64,000 nucleotides of DNA, from positions 106,704 through 170,703 of the forward strand of contig JAEWYO010000060.1 in NCBI GenBank assembly GCA_023395595.1. The letters are read 5' to 3'. Each line of letters starts with the position of its first letter. The first letter of the stretch is position 1. Of this stretch, positions 1 through 8,921 are shown one piece after another. The position numbers were made by a program, and so were the translations under genes. A model generated the notes under the pieces. That model saw only the letters and a list, made by a program, of their open reading frames with translations. It did not search any database and had not been told where the DNA came from. The DNA is from Bacillota bacterium. Its GTDB lineage: Bacteria; Bacillota; Clostridia; Christensenellales; CAG-138.

Positions 1-665
1 TTCGGCATTTGCAGTTGCAGGTGGAACAGCTTCTCGTAGTCGGCAACCTCGTTTGGTTTTTCCGGCTTTTGTCCGTTGTCCACCTCGTTTTTCACATAGA
101 ATGTCATGCGGTTGTCGTTCCATTTCACAACAGGCCCGTTGACCAGCGTCTTTCCGCCCCTGCCGATGGTGGTTTTGTGCACAAACGGTAGATGCACAAC
201 ATCCAGCTGATTTTCAATCGCCCGTGTGTAATGCACGTTCCAGTTTTCGGAAAATTCGCCATATGAAAACCCTTTCGTGAGCTCCTCGAAGAATGGAATC
301 TCCGGCAAATTCTCACGTTCTTCGCCGAACCAAACCCAGATGAACCCGTGGGCATCCCGCGCGGGGTAAGCGTTTACACGATAGTTGTCCGCAACTTTCG
401 CATTTTTTCCGTTGGCGGGAATGCGCGTCACCTTCCCGCTGCCGTCATACAGAAACCCGTGGAACGGACACTCGACATGGGTTTCCACGAGTTTGCCCGT
501 GCAGAGTGATGCGCCTCTATGGCAGCATTTGTCATAGATGCAAAACACGTCGCCTGCCTCGTCACGCCAGAAAACCAGCTTCTCCGACAGACGGGTTACA
601 CCGATGAGCCTGTTCTTCTTTACCTGTCTGGAATCGAGTACAGCATACCATTGGTTTTGAATCAT
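1..665 (-). CDS. Rieske [2Fe-2S] non-heme-iron oxygenase alpha-subunit-like protein (N-terminal ~221 aa; C-terminus lies beyond the window edge)
   Basis: Absent from the ORF track because it runs off the edge. Hand translation from ATG (complement of 663-665) gives MIQNQWYAVLDSRQVKKNRLIGV... It has the Rieske motif CCHRGASLCTGKLVETHVECPFHGF (CxH-x16-CxxH) and the mononuclear-iron motif ENQLDVVHLPFVH (E-x3-D-x2-H-x4-H). SD AGGAGAA lies at complement 669-675. Confidence 0.8.
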   Translation of the reverse strand, partial: MIQNQWYAVLDSRQVKKNRLIGVTRLSEKLVFWRDEAGDVFCIYDKCCHRGASLCTGKLVETHVECPFHGFLYDGSGKVTRIPANGKNAKVADNYRVNAYPARDAHGFIWVWFGEERENLPEIPFFEELTKGFSYGEFSENWNVHYTRAIENQLDVVHLPFVHKTTIGRGGKTLVNGPVVKWNDNRMTFYVKNEVDNGQKPEKPNEVADYEKLFHLQLQMP

Positions 666-731
666 ACGGGTTCTCCTTTATGATCAATTTGTGTTGAACC
701 ATCGGCAAAGAGCGATGGCTGCGGATCAAAC

Positions 732-2270
732 TCAATCTGCATAACGCTTTTCGGGATTTGCTTTTGCGACATACATTGCTTTATCCGCGTGCTTGAGCAT
801 TTCGTCCGCCGTCATCGCCGTTGCGTTGTCGCAAATGCCGATGCTCAACTTCAGCGGGATGCTGTGCTGCGTATCGACTGCAATCCTGCGCTCGGAGGCT
901 AGCTGAATGATGCGATCGGCGATCAACGCCGCTTCTATTTTGTCCACATTTGGCAGCACAGCCGCGAATTCGTCTCCGCCGATGCGCGCAATCGCGTCGC
1001 CTTGCCGCAGGGCAGAACGGAGCACCTCGGCGATTGAGACGAGGACGCGATCTCCGACGTCATGCCCGTAGGTGTCGTTGATAATTTTGAACTTGTCGAG
1101 GTCCATCATGAGCACACTGATGGTCGTTCCGCCCGCATAGGCATCTCGCAGCATGCCATCAAACTCCTTAAGGAAGCTATCGCGGTTCAAGAGTGCGGTC
1201 AAAAAATCGGTCTCCGCGCGCGCTCGCAAAGCAAACTCCTGCTTGCGAAGCTGCGTGACATCGCGCAAAAGTGAAACCGCGCCAATCGGGCGTCCGCCGC
1301 TGGATTGCAGCGGATAAACGCGGATCTCAACAAAGCAGCCATCTTTGCTTTGCGTTGCAATCTCCAGTGTGCCGGATGCATGCTGCTCCAGGAGCGCAAT
1401 CCATCCGGGATATGCTTGAAAAATTGTGCGGATATCCATGCCGGGCAACGGTGTATGCACGCTTAAGCAAGATTGCATAATCTCGTTTGCGCAAGGGTTC
1501 ACATCGGCGACGATACCGTTGCTCTGCGTGACGATAATGCCGATTTCGATGACATCAAACACCTTTTCCCGCGCAACGGGCGAGAGCCGGAAAAACTTGT
1601 TGCGGTATAGATTGTAGAACAGAATCAACCCGCCCGGCAGATAAATTGTGACAATCGGCAGATTGACGGCGGTACCTTCGAAAAATGCGGTTTTGATGAA
1701 CGCGAGAATAAACACAAGCGCGGTAGCAAACAATACCAGAAGGACCTGACCGCGCTGACTTTTTGAGACCTTTCGCGAGAAAACCCACAAAACAATCAGG
1801 GCAAGAAATACGAGCACATAGTTGTATGCAACAAGAAGAACTCCCAGCAATGTTTGCTTGATGGACAATGCGTTCCCAAACAGCTCGCTGTGGCTGATGG
1901 AATAGCCCGATCGCATCCAGTGCGTATAAGAGTCTGTAAAAATCAGCAGGATTGCGACCACCGGAATGATAGAGAGCAACGGGATATATTTCTTGAAACG
2001 ATCATATCCCGCATAATCAATCGCAAAATAGACGCAGGCGACGGGGATGAGGAAGACGCCGATTTGCTCAAAGTTGCGCCAGAAGAGCATCGCCTGTTCG
2101 GTTTTTGAGAGCATCTCAAACAGTGATCCGATGGACCAGATGGAGACACATACAATCTGAAGCACATATGCTTTCGATCCCGGAATCTCGCGGTTGCGCA
2201 ACGCGTAGAACATCACTGTAATCAAAAGCGCCAGCGAACCACTGACGATGAACGTGTAAAGTAGTGACAT
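732..2270 (-). CDS. Diguanylate cyclase: N-terminal polytopic (about 7 TM) sensor, PAS-like segment, GGDEF domain
   Basis: 512-aa ORF. The first ~220 aa are hydrophobic helices. The C-terminus carries RIGGDEFAAVLP (GGDEF) with an RxxD I-site (RQGD) 5 residues upstream. SD AAGGAGG lies upstream of the ATG at 2270. Confidence 0.9.
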   Translation of the reverse strand: MSLLYTFIVSGSLALLITVMFYALRNREIPGSKAYVLQIVCVSIWSIGSLFEMLSKTEQAMLFWRNFEQIGVFLIPVACVYFAIDYAGYDRFKKYIPLLSIIPVVAILLIFTDSYTHWMRSGYSISHSELFGNALSIKQTLLGVLLVAYNYVLVFLALIVLWVFSRKVSKSQRGQVLLVLFATALVFILAFIKTAFFEGTAVNLPIVTIYLPGGLILFYNLYRNKFFRLSPVAREKVFDVIEIGIIVTQSNGIVADVNPCANEIMQSCLSVHTPLPGMDIRTIFQAYPGWIALLEQHASGTLEIATQSKDGCFVEIRVYPLQSSGGRPIGAVSLLRDVTQLRKQEFALRARAETDFLTALLNRDSFLKEFDGMLRDAYAGGTTISVLMMDLDKFKIINDTYGHDVGDRVLVSIAEVLRSALRQGDAIARIGGDEFAAVLPNVDKIEAALIADRIIQLASERRIAVDTQHSIPLKLSIGICDNATAMTADEMLKHADKAMYVAKANPEKRYAD

Positions 2271-2329
2271 CTTTCTGATGCATCCTCCTTACTGAATCGT
2301 GATTTCGGTTCAAACACAAAGGGAGAAGG

Positions 2330-2815
2330 TTAACCGTCCTGACGCGAATCGTCCTTTTTCCGGAAGATCAAGCAGAGCGTGTGCGCTTGCATGTTTTCTG
2401 CTTCAGATCTCAATTGCTCGGCATAGCCCGCAGGATAGTATTCCAAGTCAAACGACTGGTCAATCTGAATGTTGCACTGCGCCATATACGCATAGCACGT
2501 CTGAAACCACTGCGGATTGAGATCTTTTGGATCGACCTCAAAGCAGTAGTAGTAACCCGCCTGCCGCGTAAAACGGGTGTAGTTCTCGCCTTCAAAGGTA
2601 GTGACCGGCAGCAGCGGGGTATAGGAAAAGCCATCCGCCTGAAAGTCGGAGTCCAGCGCGAGAAAACGCTCTTGGGCATCGACATTGGCAATTGCGGACT
2701 GTAAAACATCAAGCTGTAACTTCAGAAAGTTGATCGCATCATGCTCCTGAAACAGAATCCTCGTCGTGATGCCCATGTACTTTTGTTCTTTCAGATAGAT
2801 CAATGTGCAGTTCAT
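2330..2815 (-). CDS. GyrI-like / AraC-effector-binding-like small-molecule-binding domain protein (function tentative)
   Basis: The ORF is trimmed to the internal ATG (complement 2813-2815), which is preceded by SD AGGAGAC. MNCTLIYLKEQKYMGITTRILF... ...FDLEYYPAGY resembles stand-alone GyrI-like domains. The family call is by eye only. Confidence 0.55.
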   Translation of the reverse strand: MNCTLIYLKEQKYMGITTRILFQEHDAINFLKLQLDVLQSAIANVDAQERFLALDSDFQADGFSYTPLLPVTTFEGENYTRFTRQAGYYYCFEVDPKDLNPQWFQTCYAYMAQCNIQIDQSFDLEYYPAGYAEQLRSEAENMQAHTLCLIFRKKDDSRQDG

Positions 2816-2879
2816 CTGTTGTCTCCTAGTCGCCTTTCTTTTGCGTTTGCAAGAATACATGTGTAACGAAGATAACGCT

Positions 2880-3362
2880 TCACTCCCAAACCTGATCCAG
2901 GTTACTCGCATAGAGCTTGATCGCTTTGTGGTAGGCGATCACATCCGGGTCGGAGGATGTGTCCGCCAACAGGGTGAGCAAAATCTCCATGGCAGCCGCA
3001 TGTTCACCTAAATTGTGCAATGTCAGTGCATAGAACGTTTTGAGGGCATTATCGTGCGGGAACGTTTCAATCGCGTCACGGAAGACATCCTTCGATTTAG
3101 CATATGCACCGATCGCGCGATAGGTGCTCCCCAACCCCAGATATGCGCCCCTTAAGTCCTCGCCAGCCAGCCCAAGCGAGATTGCCCTCTCATAGTATGG
3201 GATTGCATCCTTTTCCTGACCCAGCACATCAAAACTCCATGCATATTGGTATTGGAGTGTTGGATCAGCCGGATTGCTGTCTGCCAGTTTTCTCAAGATA
3301 ATATTCGATTCTTCCAGACGTCCTTCGTCTCTCAAACGAATCGCGGTTTCGAGTTGATTCAT
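2880..3362 (-). CDS. Tetratricopeptide-repeat protein
   Basis: TPR-like A/G/Y periodicity (AIPYYERAISLGL..., GAYLGLGSTYRAIGAYAKSKDVFRDAIE). The maximal ORF reaches 3437, but a promoter-like TTGACC-17-CATAAT lies inside that extension, so the ATG at 3362 (MNQLETAIRLRDEG...) or at 3404 is more likely. Confidence 0.7.
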   Translation of the reverse strand: MNQLETAIRLRDEGRLEESNIILRKLADSNPADPTLQYQYAWSFDVLGQEKDAIPYYERAISLGLAGEDLRGAYLGLGSTYRAIGAYAKSKDVFRDAIETFPHDNALKTFYALTLHNLGEHAAAMEILLTLLADTSSDPDVIAYHKAIKLYASNLDQVWE

Positions 3363-3423
3363 ATCGGTGTTCACCAGATCATTCTGTTTTTGGATAACGT
3401 GCATCTTAAAACATTCTATCGCT

Positions 3424-3452
3424 ATTATGATCGACATCTATACAAGGGTCAA
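3424..3452 (-). promoter_or_regulatory. Candidate sigma-A promoter of the TPR gene (TTGACC-17 nt-CATAAT on minus strand)
   Basis: Reverse complement reads TTGACC cttgtatagatgtcgat CATAAT. Confidence 0.45.
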
Positions 3453-3520
3453 CAGAGAAATAAACTGTAGCAGATTTTTATGCGGGCATGATCGAAAGCG
3501 TGAAAATCCTTGGGATATGA

Positions 3521-3565
3521 CAAAAAACAAAAGGCACTTTGCGCAATAACTGCGCAAAGTGCCTT
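3521..3565 (-). terminator. Intrinsic terminator downstream of oleate hydratase
   Basis: On the minus strand a perfect 15-bp stem, AAGGCACTTTGCGCA-gttat-TGCGCAAAGTGCCTT, is followed by TTGTTTTTTG. Confidence 0.85.
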
Positions 3566-3627
3566 GCATTGACGGCTTGACGAGATGAAAGCGTTTGCAG
3601 CGCGGTGCATTAACGCTGCTTGATCCG

Positions 3628-5412
3628 TCAATTGGATTCGATTAAGCCGTGGTCCTTCAACAGTTTTTCGATATCCGTACCTTCCACCTTTTTCAGGACT
3701 TGCTTGAGCGCGATTTTTTCTACCATGCTTAGCTGCATGTCGGTGATGGGTTTCCCGTCCCGAATCTGCACAGTCGAGTTCAGCAGGTCGCGGATGTCAT
3801 AGGTACTACCCCAGACTTCCGGCACGCCGCGATCGATATTCAGCAGGGTATAGACCGCTTCCATACCGGTGCGAACGGAGTACTCCGTTGTGAAGATTGT
3901 GTCGCGCGCGGTTTCAGCAAACTGACCAAGGAACGCGAAGTTGACGGCACCCTCCGGAACCACCAGCGGGCGGTCTCCCTTTGCACGCGGCATGAAGAAG
4001 GCGGTGATATACGGCATCATGCAGGGGATGGTGTTAGCGCTCTTTTCGGCGAGTTCCGGGATTTCAACTTCCGGCACGCCCATGTGATAGAGCCACTCCA
4101 TGCAGATTTCCTTACCGGTGCATTCACGCATCGTCTTTTTCACGTAGTTGCCGGGCTTATCTGTGAACAGGCCGTAGATCCAACCAACCAGCTGACCTTT
4201 CGGTTGCGAGCGGAACTGCGGCTGGCGGTTGAACGTCCAGCTCAAGAGCCAGTTCGAGTCCTTTGCTGTCACGATACCGCCGGTGACCACCTTGCCTGCA
4301 AACGGGTCTCGCTGGCAGATCTTCTGGATGTAAGGTGGGATTTTATCATCCAGCGTTGTGACGGTAGCACTCATCCAGTTGGTTTGTTCCGGATCAGAAC
4401 AGAACTTGTCCGGATGACCGAACGAGGCGTCCTGTGCGGCAATCTTGCGCCACATATCCCAGCCGCCGCCTTCCTTGATTTCGGCGCGGAACGGCGCAGG
4501 TTCGTTCTGGCTGCCAAGGGTGGAGTTTTCCACGCAGCCGCCGTTGGTGATAAAGACCAGATCATTCTCGGTGAGATCGATCACGTCCTGTTCGCCATTG
4601 CGCAGGATTTCCAACCGCTTTGCGAGTTTCTTGTCCTTGCAGATGTCGAATTCCACGTTCACAACCTTGGTGTTATAGTGGAACTGTACACCATAGCTTT
4701 CCAGATACTGAATCATCGGCAGAATCATCGACTCATATTGGTTATACTTCGTGAAGCGCAGCGCCTTGAAATCAGGCAGGCCGCCGACATGGTGAATGAA
4801 GCGCTTGATATACAGCTTCATCTCCAGCGCGGAATGCCAGTTTTCAAACGCGAACATCGTGCGCCAATAAAGCCAGAAATTCGAGTTCAGTACTTCATCG
4901 CTGAAAAAATCGGTGATCCGTTTGTCAAACAATTCCTCGTCCGGCGTGAAGAACAGATGCATGATCTCCATCGCGCCCTTGTCGGAGAGGTTGAATTTTT
5001 TGTCGGTGTGCGCATCTTTGCCACGGCTCACGGTTGCGCGCATCAAGGATGAGTTGGGGTCTTTCTTGTTGAGCCAATAGTACTCATCCAGAACGCTGAC
5101 GCCTTCCGTTTCGATGGATGGAATGGAGCGGAACAGGTCCCACATGCACTCGAAATGGTTGTCCATTTCACGACCGCCGCGCATCACATAACCGAGATTG
5201 TCATATTGAAAACCGTCGCACGCGCCGCCTGGAATCGGGTCTTTCTCAAGGATGTGGACGTTCTTTCCCTTCATTTGACCGTCGCGAACCAAGAAGCAAG
5301 CTGCTGCCAGTGCGCCTAGGCCGGAACCTACGATATAAGCAGATTTGCGATCAACACCCTCCGGCTTGACCGGATGTGCAAACGCTTCATAATTACCGCT
5401 GGAATAATACAT
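3628..5412 (-). CDS. ohyA: Oleate hydratase (MCRA family fatty-acid double-bond hydratase, FAD-dependent)
   Basis: MYYSSGNYEAFAHPVKPEGVDRKSAYIVGSGLGALAAACFLVRDG... is the typical MCRA N-terminus with a GxGxxA FAD fold. The 594-aa length fits the family. SD GGAGGAA precedes the ATG at 5412; the track start at 5463 is an extension. Confidence 0.92.
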   Translation of the reverse strand: MYYSSGNYEAFAHPVKPEGVDRKSAYIVGSGLGALAAACFLVRDGQMKGKNVHILEKDPIPGGACDGFQYDNLGYVMRGGREMDNHFECMWDLFRSIPSIETEGVSVLDEYYWLNKKDPNSSLMRATVSRGKDAHTDKKFNLSDKGAMEIMHLFFTPDEELFDKRITDFFSDEVLNSNFWLYWRTMFAFENWHSALEMKLYIKRFIHHVGGLPDFKALRFTKYNQYESMILPMIQYLESYGVQFHYNTKVVNVEFDICKDKKLAKRLEILRNGEQDVIDLTENDLVFITNGGCVENSTLGSQNEPAPFRAEIKEGGGWDMWRKIAAQDASFGHPDKFCSDPEQTNWMSATVTTLDDKIPPYIQKICQRDPFAGKVVTGGIVTAKDSNWLLSWTFNRQPQFRSQPKGQLVGWIYGLFTDKPGNYVKKTMRECTGKEICMEWLYHMGVPEVEIPELAEKSANTIPCMMPYITAFFMPRAKGDRPLVVPEGAVNFAFLGQFAETARDTIFTTEYSVRTGMEAVYTLLNIDRGVPEVWGSTYDIRDLLNSTVQIRDGKPITDMQLSMVEKIALKQVLKKVEGTDIEKLLKDHGLIESN

Positions 5413-5553
5413 GATGTAGTTCCTCCGTTTGTTGATTTCCCCTGCATTGTAATGCTGCCGCACAAACGGGACAATAAACAGAAAACGCGCCTTGATGAAA
5501 CTTTCATCAAGGCGTGAAATTTGTAAATAGTTTTATCATTCGGTTCGATTTGA

Positions 5554-6117
5554 TTAAATATTGTCCGTACGGTAGTGTTCCAGTGCAGAGGTGATGTTCC
5601 CGTGAACCAGCAGGGCAAGTCGGTCTATGATGAGATGCGGGTCATCCTTCATGCCATTGTTGATCCAATCCAGCATCAAACCGACAAAAGCGTATTTGTA
5701 GAAATTTGCGATGAACTGCTTGTCTTCATCGCGGATCGCCATGCCGACAGACTTTTCTTCCACGACGCCGATCACGAGTTGATAGGTCAACTTGTAAAGG
5801 TAGAGCTCCACCTGTTCGCGGCAGACGGAGTGGTACACATTCAGAATGAACGGTTTGTTGGCGATCACCGCTTCGAAGATGTTCAAAAATCCCTCTTGCC
5901 AAGTGTCGTAGGTCTTCTTGCCTTCCAGCGCGCGGGAGGCGTCCTCCACGCAAGACCATTCAACCAGATCGTAAATATCCTTGAAGTGGTAATAGAATGT
6001 CATGCGGTTGATACCGCAATCATCCGTAATGTCGTTGATTGTGATCTTGTCCAGCGACTTTTGTAACAATAGATGTTTGAGCGAAGCTTCCAAAGCCCGC
6101 TTTGTTGTCTGGGACAC
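5554..6117 (-). CDS. TetR/AcrR-family transcriptional regulator (DhaS-like C-terminal domain)
   Basis: HTH segment ITINDITDDCGINRMTFYYHFKDIYDLVEW. The likely start is GTG (complement 6115-6117), preceded by AAGGAGG at 7 nt. The track ATG at 6159 has no SD. Confidence 0.85.
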   Translation of the reverse strand: MSQTTKRALEASLKHLLLQKSLDKITINDITDDCGINRMTFYYHFKDIYDLVEWSCVEDASRALEGKKTYDTWQEGFLNIFEAVIANKPFILNVYHSVCREQVELYLYKLTYQLVIGVVEEKSVGMAIRDEDKQFIANFYKYAFVGLMLDWINNGMKDDPHLIIDRLALLVHGNITSALEHYRTDNI

Positions 6118-6162
6118 GCACAGACCTCCTTGTTCATGAAATAAAAGCAATTGCGCCATCGC

Positions 6163-6552
6163 TTATTTCAGTCGGATGAGCTCGCCGTTTCGCTTCACGA
6201 TGTTTTTGTAATCCCACTGAATTTGCTCCGCTTTGTCGAGCCAAACAGCCAATATCGGCAGATCAATCTCGGTGACGCTGGCGAATCGTACTTCCGCAGC
6301 TTTGTGTTTGCCAATGGGGGATAACCCCGCTTCGTCAAACGATTGCCCGCTCCAGAAGAGCAGCTGAACACAGCTCTTGAGCTTGCTGTAGCCGACGATC
6401 GGGTTCTCATCGATGAACCAAACGGGGTTCCCGTGCCAGATTTTGCCGCAGGCCTGCGGCAGGTGCTGCTCGATCGCGTCCGCCAACAGTTGGCAGATTT
6501 GCCGGTCGGGCTCAGCAAGCGCTGCATGATAGTCGGGAATTTCTGGATTCAT
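6163..6552 (-). CDS. DUF1801 (YdhG-like) domain protein
   Basis: MNPEIPDYHAALAEPDRQICQLLADAIEQHLP...IWHGNPVWF resembles DUF1801 proteins. AGGAGG lies 6 nt before the ATG at 6552. Confidence 0.6.
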   Translation of the reverse strand: MNPEIPDYHAALAEPDRQICQLLADAIEQHLPQACGKIWHGNPVWFIDENPIVGYSKLKSCVQLLFWSGQSFDEAGLSPIGKHKAAEVRFASVTEIDLPILAVWLDKAEQIQWDYKNIVKRNGELIRLK

Positions 6553-6773
6553 GAGGAACCTCCTGCTCAACAGATATTACCAACAAACATATGCGTGACT
6601 TAAAACAAACTGCATTAGAGGTTGATATCAAGTTTGAAAAAGCAGAGAGCGTGTTACCGCGATTCTCTCGCCCTCGCCACCATCGTCTCAGTGTGACCTG
6701 AGCTGACAAAAAAGATACTGTGAGGATCGACTTGTACCTGCTGCAAGATGGACTTCATCATCGAAACTCTTTT

Positions 6774-7388
6774 TTACCAGTTATCAAAATGCAGCCTCTC
6801 TGCCAACTTAACTTCCTTCTGAGGATAGATTTTGGCATCGGCTGCCATATGTCCAAATGGAATGATGGCTGCGACCTCTAGTTCCTCCGGAATGTTTATA
6901 ACCTTCTTAATTGCACAAGTATTCTGAGGAATGAATGTAACTCCGTATACCTCGCTATCAGCTAAGCTCAGTAGAATATTCTCAATATAGCACCATACAG
7001 AAGCCAGACAATTCAGATCATACACCTTTTTGCTGACACTAATCTGTGTTTTAGGTTTGTATACCACGACCAGCAACTCAGGTGCACTTATCATCATCTT
7101 TTTCTGCTTTGGCACTGCATCCAAATACATGTTCTTTACAAGGGGTTCATAACACTCAAGACTTTGTATTAGCGCATCAGTAGCTTGCTCAATCATGTTC
7201 TCTGTTTGAGTTAATGCAACACGAGTTTTGGGGTCTTTTACTAGAATAAAATTCCATTCCTTAAGATGATTATAGCTTGGTGCTCTGAGCCCTGCCTCCA
7301 AAGCTTTCTCGATAATTTCAGGAGCTACTCTCTCCGGCGAAAAGTCCCTAACGGTTCTTCTCTTGCGAATTACCTCTATTAATTCCAT
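6774..7388 (-). CDS. Nitroreductase-family (FMN) protein
   Basis: MELIEVIRKRRTVRDFSPERVAPEIIEKALEAGLRAPSYNHLKEW is the classic nitroreductase N-terminus. The gene is conspicuously AT-rich relative to its neighbours. Confidence 0.85.
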   Translation of the reverse strand: MELIEVIRKRRTVRDFSPERVAPEIIEKALEAGLRAPSYNHLKEWNFILVKDPKTRVALTQTENMIEQATDALIQSLECYEPLVKNMYLDAVPKQKKMMISAPELLVVVYKPKTQISVSKKVYDLNCLASVWCYIENILLSLADSEVYGVTFIPQNTCAIKKVINIPEELEVAAIIPFGHMAADAKIYPQKEVKLAERLHFDNW

Positions 7389-7488
7389 TCTATACCTGCC
7401 CTACATTCCCACTTGTATAGTTGTAATATTATTTCGAACCGCTGGATTGTAATTATTTACTTCTCGCCGTTAATACTTATTATGAACA

Positions 7489-8850
7489 TCATACCGTTTT
7501 CGACATCAACACGACGCTCTCCACATGGCACGTTTGCGGGAACATGTCCACGGGACGGACGGAGGAGAGGGTGAAGCCGTGTTGCGCCAGATACTTGCAG
7601 TCCCGCGCGAGGGTTGCCGGGTTGCAGGAAACATAGACCACGCGTTTGGCGCTGCTTTTTGCGATCGCTTCCAGCGCGGCTTCTTCGCAGCCTTTGCGCG
7701 GCGGATCGAGCACGATGGCATCCACGCCGCTCTCGCGCGAGAACAGGCGGGGCAGAACATCCTCCACATTTCCACAGATGAACTCCGCGTTTTTCACGCC
7801 GTTTGACTTGGCGTTTGCCTTCGCGTCTTCAATCGCGGGCGCAACCTGCTCGATGCCGACCACATGCGCACAATCTTCCGCAAGCAAGAGCGAGATCGTG
7901 CCCACGCCGCAATAGGCATCTACCACCGTCTCGGTGGGCTTTGCCGCGAGGAACTCCCGCGCGGTTTGATAAAGCACCTGCGTCTGCACACGGTTCACCT
8001 GCAAGAACGACTGCGGGCTGACGGAGAAGTGCTTTTCTCCGATGGTTTCGGTGAGCACGGATTTGCCGGCAAGCAGGGTGAATTTTTCGCCGAAAACGAC
8101 GTTGGTCTGCTTCGGGTTCTCGTTGTGCCAGACGCTGTCGCAATCTTCCATAAACGAGAGCAGGTCGTCTTTCTTCTTGAGCTGACCGCGGGTAACAACC
8201 GTCACCATCAGCTCGCCTTCCGCCGTCGTCCGCGCGACGACATGTCGAAGCTGCCCCTCACCCGTGGTTTCGTCATAGATGGGGACGCCACAGGCATTTG
8301 CCCACGCGGCGACCCGGCGGGCGGCATCGACAATCCGCTCATCCTGAATCGGACAATCGGAAAACGGCACCAGTCGGTGGCTGCGCTCGGCAAAAAAGCC
8401 GAACACGGCGGCATTACCGACTACACCGAAGGGAAAACTGCCCTTGTTGCGATAACGCGTCGGGTCTTCCATGCCGACGATGGGCTGCATGGGGACGGAC
8501 GCAAAACCGCCGAGGCGCGTGAGCGCATCCAGCACGAACTGCTGCTTCTGGCGAAGTTGCGCGGGATAGCTCAGGTGCCAGAGCGTGCAGCCGCCGCACT
8601 GCGAGAAGACGGGGCAGGCGGGGCGGACGCGATCGGGAGAGGGCTTGAGAATTTCGATCGTTTTTGCGATGGCGTAGGTTGGCTGCACTTTGATGACGTG
8701 CGCCTTGACCTCCTCGCCCGCGAGCGCGCCGACGACGAACACCGCAAAGCCTTCCACGCGGGCAACGCCCTGACCCTCGTTGGTCAGGGATTCGATGGTG
8801 ATGACGAGATCGTCGTTTTTCTCAACGGGAGGGCGGTTTTTTTGTGCCAT
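7489..8850 (-). CDS. rlmD: 23S rRNA (uracil-5-)-methyltransferase, RumA/RlmD family (TRAM + Fe-S + SAM MTase)
   Basis: TRAM-like N-terminus (ITIESLTNEGQGVARVEGFAVFV), Cys cluster CPVFSQCGGC, SAM motif VDAYCGVGT, catalytic YVSCNPATLARD. ATG at 8850; the track start at 8895 is a TTG extension. Confidence 0.85.
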   Translation of the reverse strand: MAQKNRPPVEKNDDLVITIESLTNEGQGVARVEGFAVFVVGALAGEEVKAHVIKVQPTYAIAKTIEILKPSPDRVRPACPVFSQCGGCTLWHLSYPAQLRQKQQFVLDALTRLGGFASVPMQPIVGMEDPTRYRNKGSFPFGVVGNAAVFGFFAERSHRLVPFSDCPIQDERIVDAARRVAAWANACGVPIYDETTGEGQLRHVVARTTAEGELMVTVVTRGQLKKKDDLLSFMEDCDSVWHNENPKQTNVVFGEKFTLLAGKSVLTETIGEKHFSVSPQSFLQVNRVQTQVLYQTAREFLAAKPTETVVDAYCGVGTISLLLAEDCAHVVGIEQVAPAIEDAKANAKSNGVKNAEFICGNVEDVLPRLFSRESGVDAIVLDPPRKGCEEAALEAIAKSSAKRVVYVSCNPATLARDCKYLAQHGFTLSSVRPVDMFPQTCHVESVVLMSKTV

Positions 8851-8888
8851 AGATTTGGTATCCTTTCGGCGCGGGTTTCGCGCGGGAA

Positions 8889-8917
8889 ATTTCAAATTGG
8901 GGAAGTTCTCATGTCAA
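8889..8917 (-). promoter_or_regulatory. Candidate promoter for rlmD (TTGACA-17-TGAAAT, minus strand)
   Basis: Reverse complement reads TTGACA tgagaacttccccaatt TGAAAT, directly downstream of the dnaE stop. Confidence 0.4.
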
Positions 8918-8921
8918 ACGA

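Noticed and set aside
9-355. Small ORFs 9-191 (+) and 125-355 (-) at the window start
   Set aside because: Both lie inside the Rieske oxygenase coding region (complement 1-665), in the wrong frame or on the wrong strand.
2116-2319. 67-aa minus-strand ORF whose ATG directly abuts the AAGGAGG upstream of the diguanylate cyclase
   Set aside because: The spacing between SD and this ATG is zero, and the ORF is out of frame within the cyclase gene. The SD serves the cyclase ATG at 2270.
4084-5052. 322-aa plus-strand ORF antisense to ohyA. The same class includes 7864-8997, 17269-18327, 18389-19111, 27324-28184, 31373-32356, 32236-33823, 35610-36611, 39267-40229, 40747-41619, 41932-42891, 45961-46941, 50819-51850, 51968-52750, 53205-54425, 57347-58841, 60007-61218, 62038-62808 and 62860-63669
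   Set aside because: All are antisense to genes with strong family signatures. They lack SDs and recognisable motifs and have shadow-frame composition.
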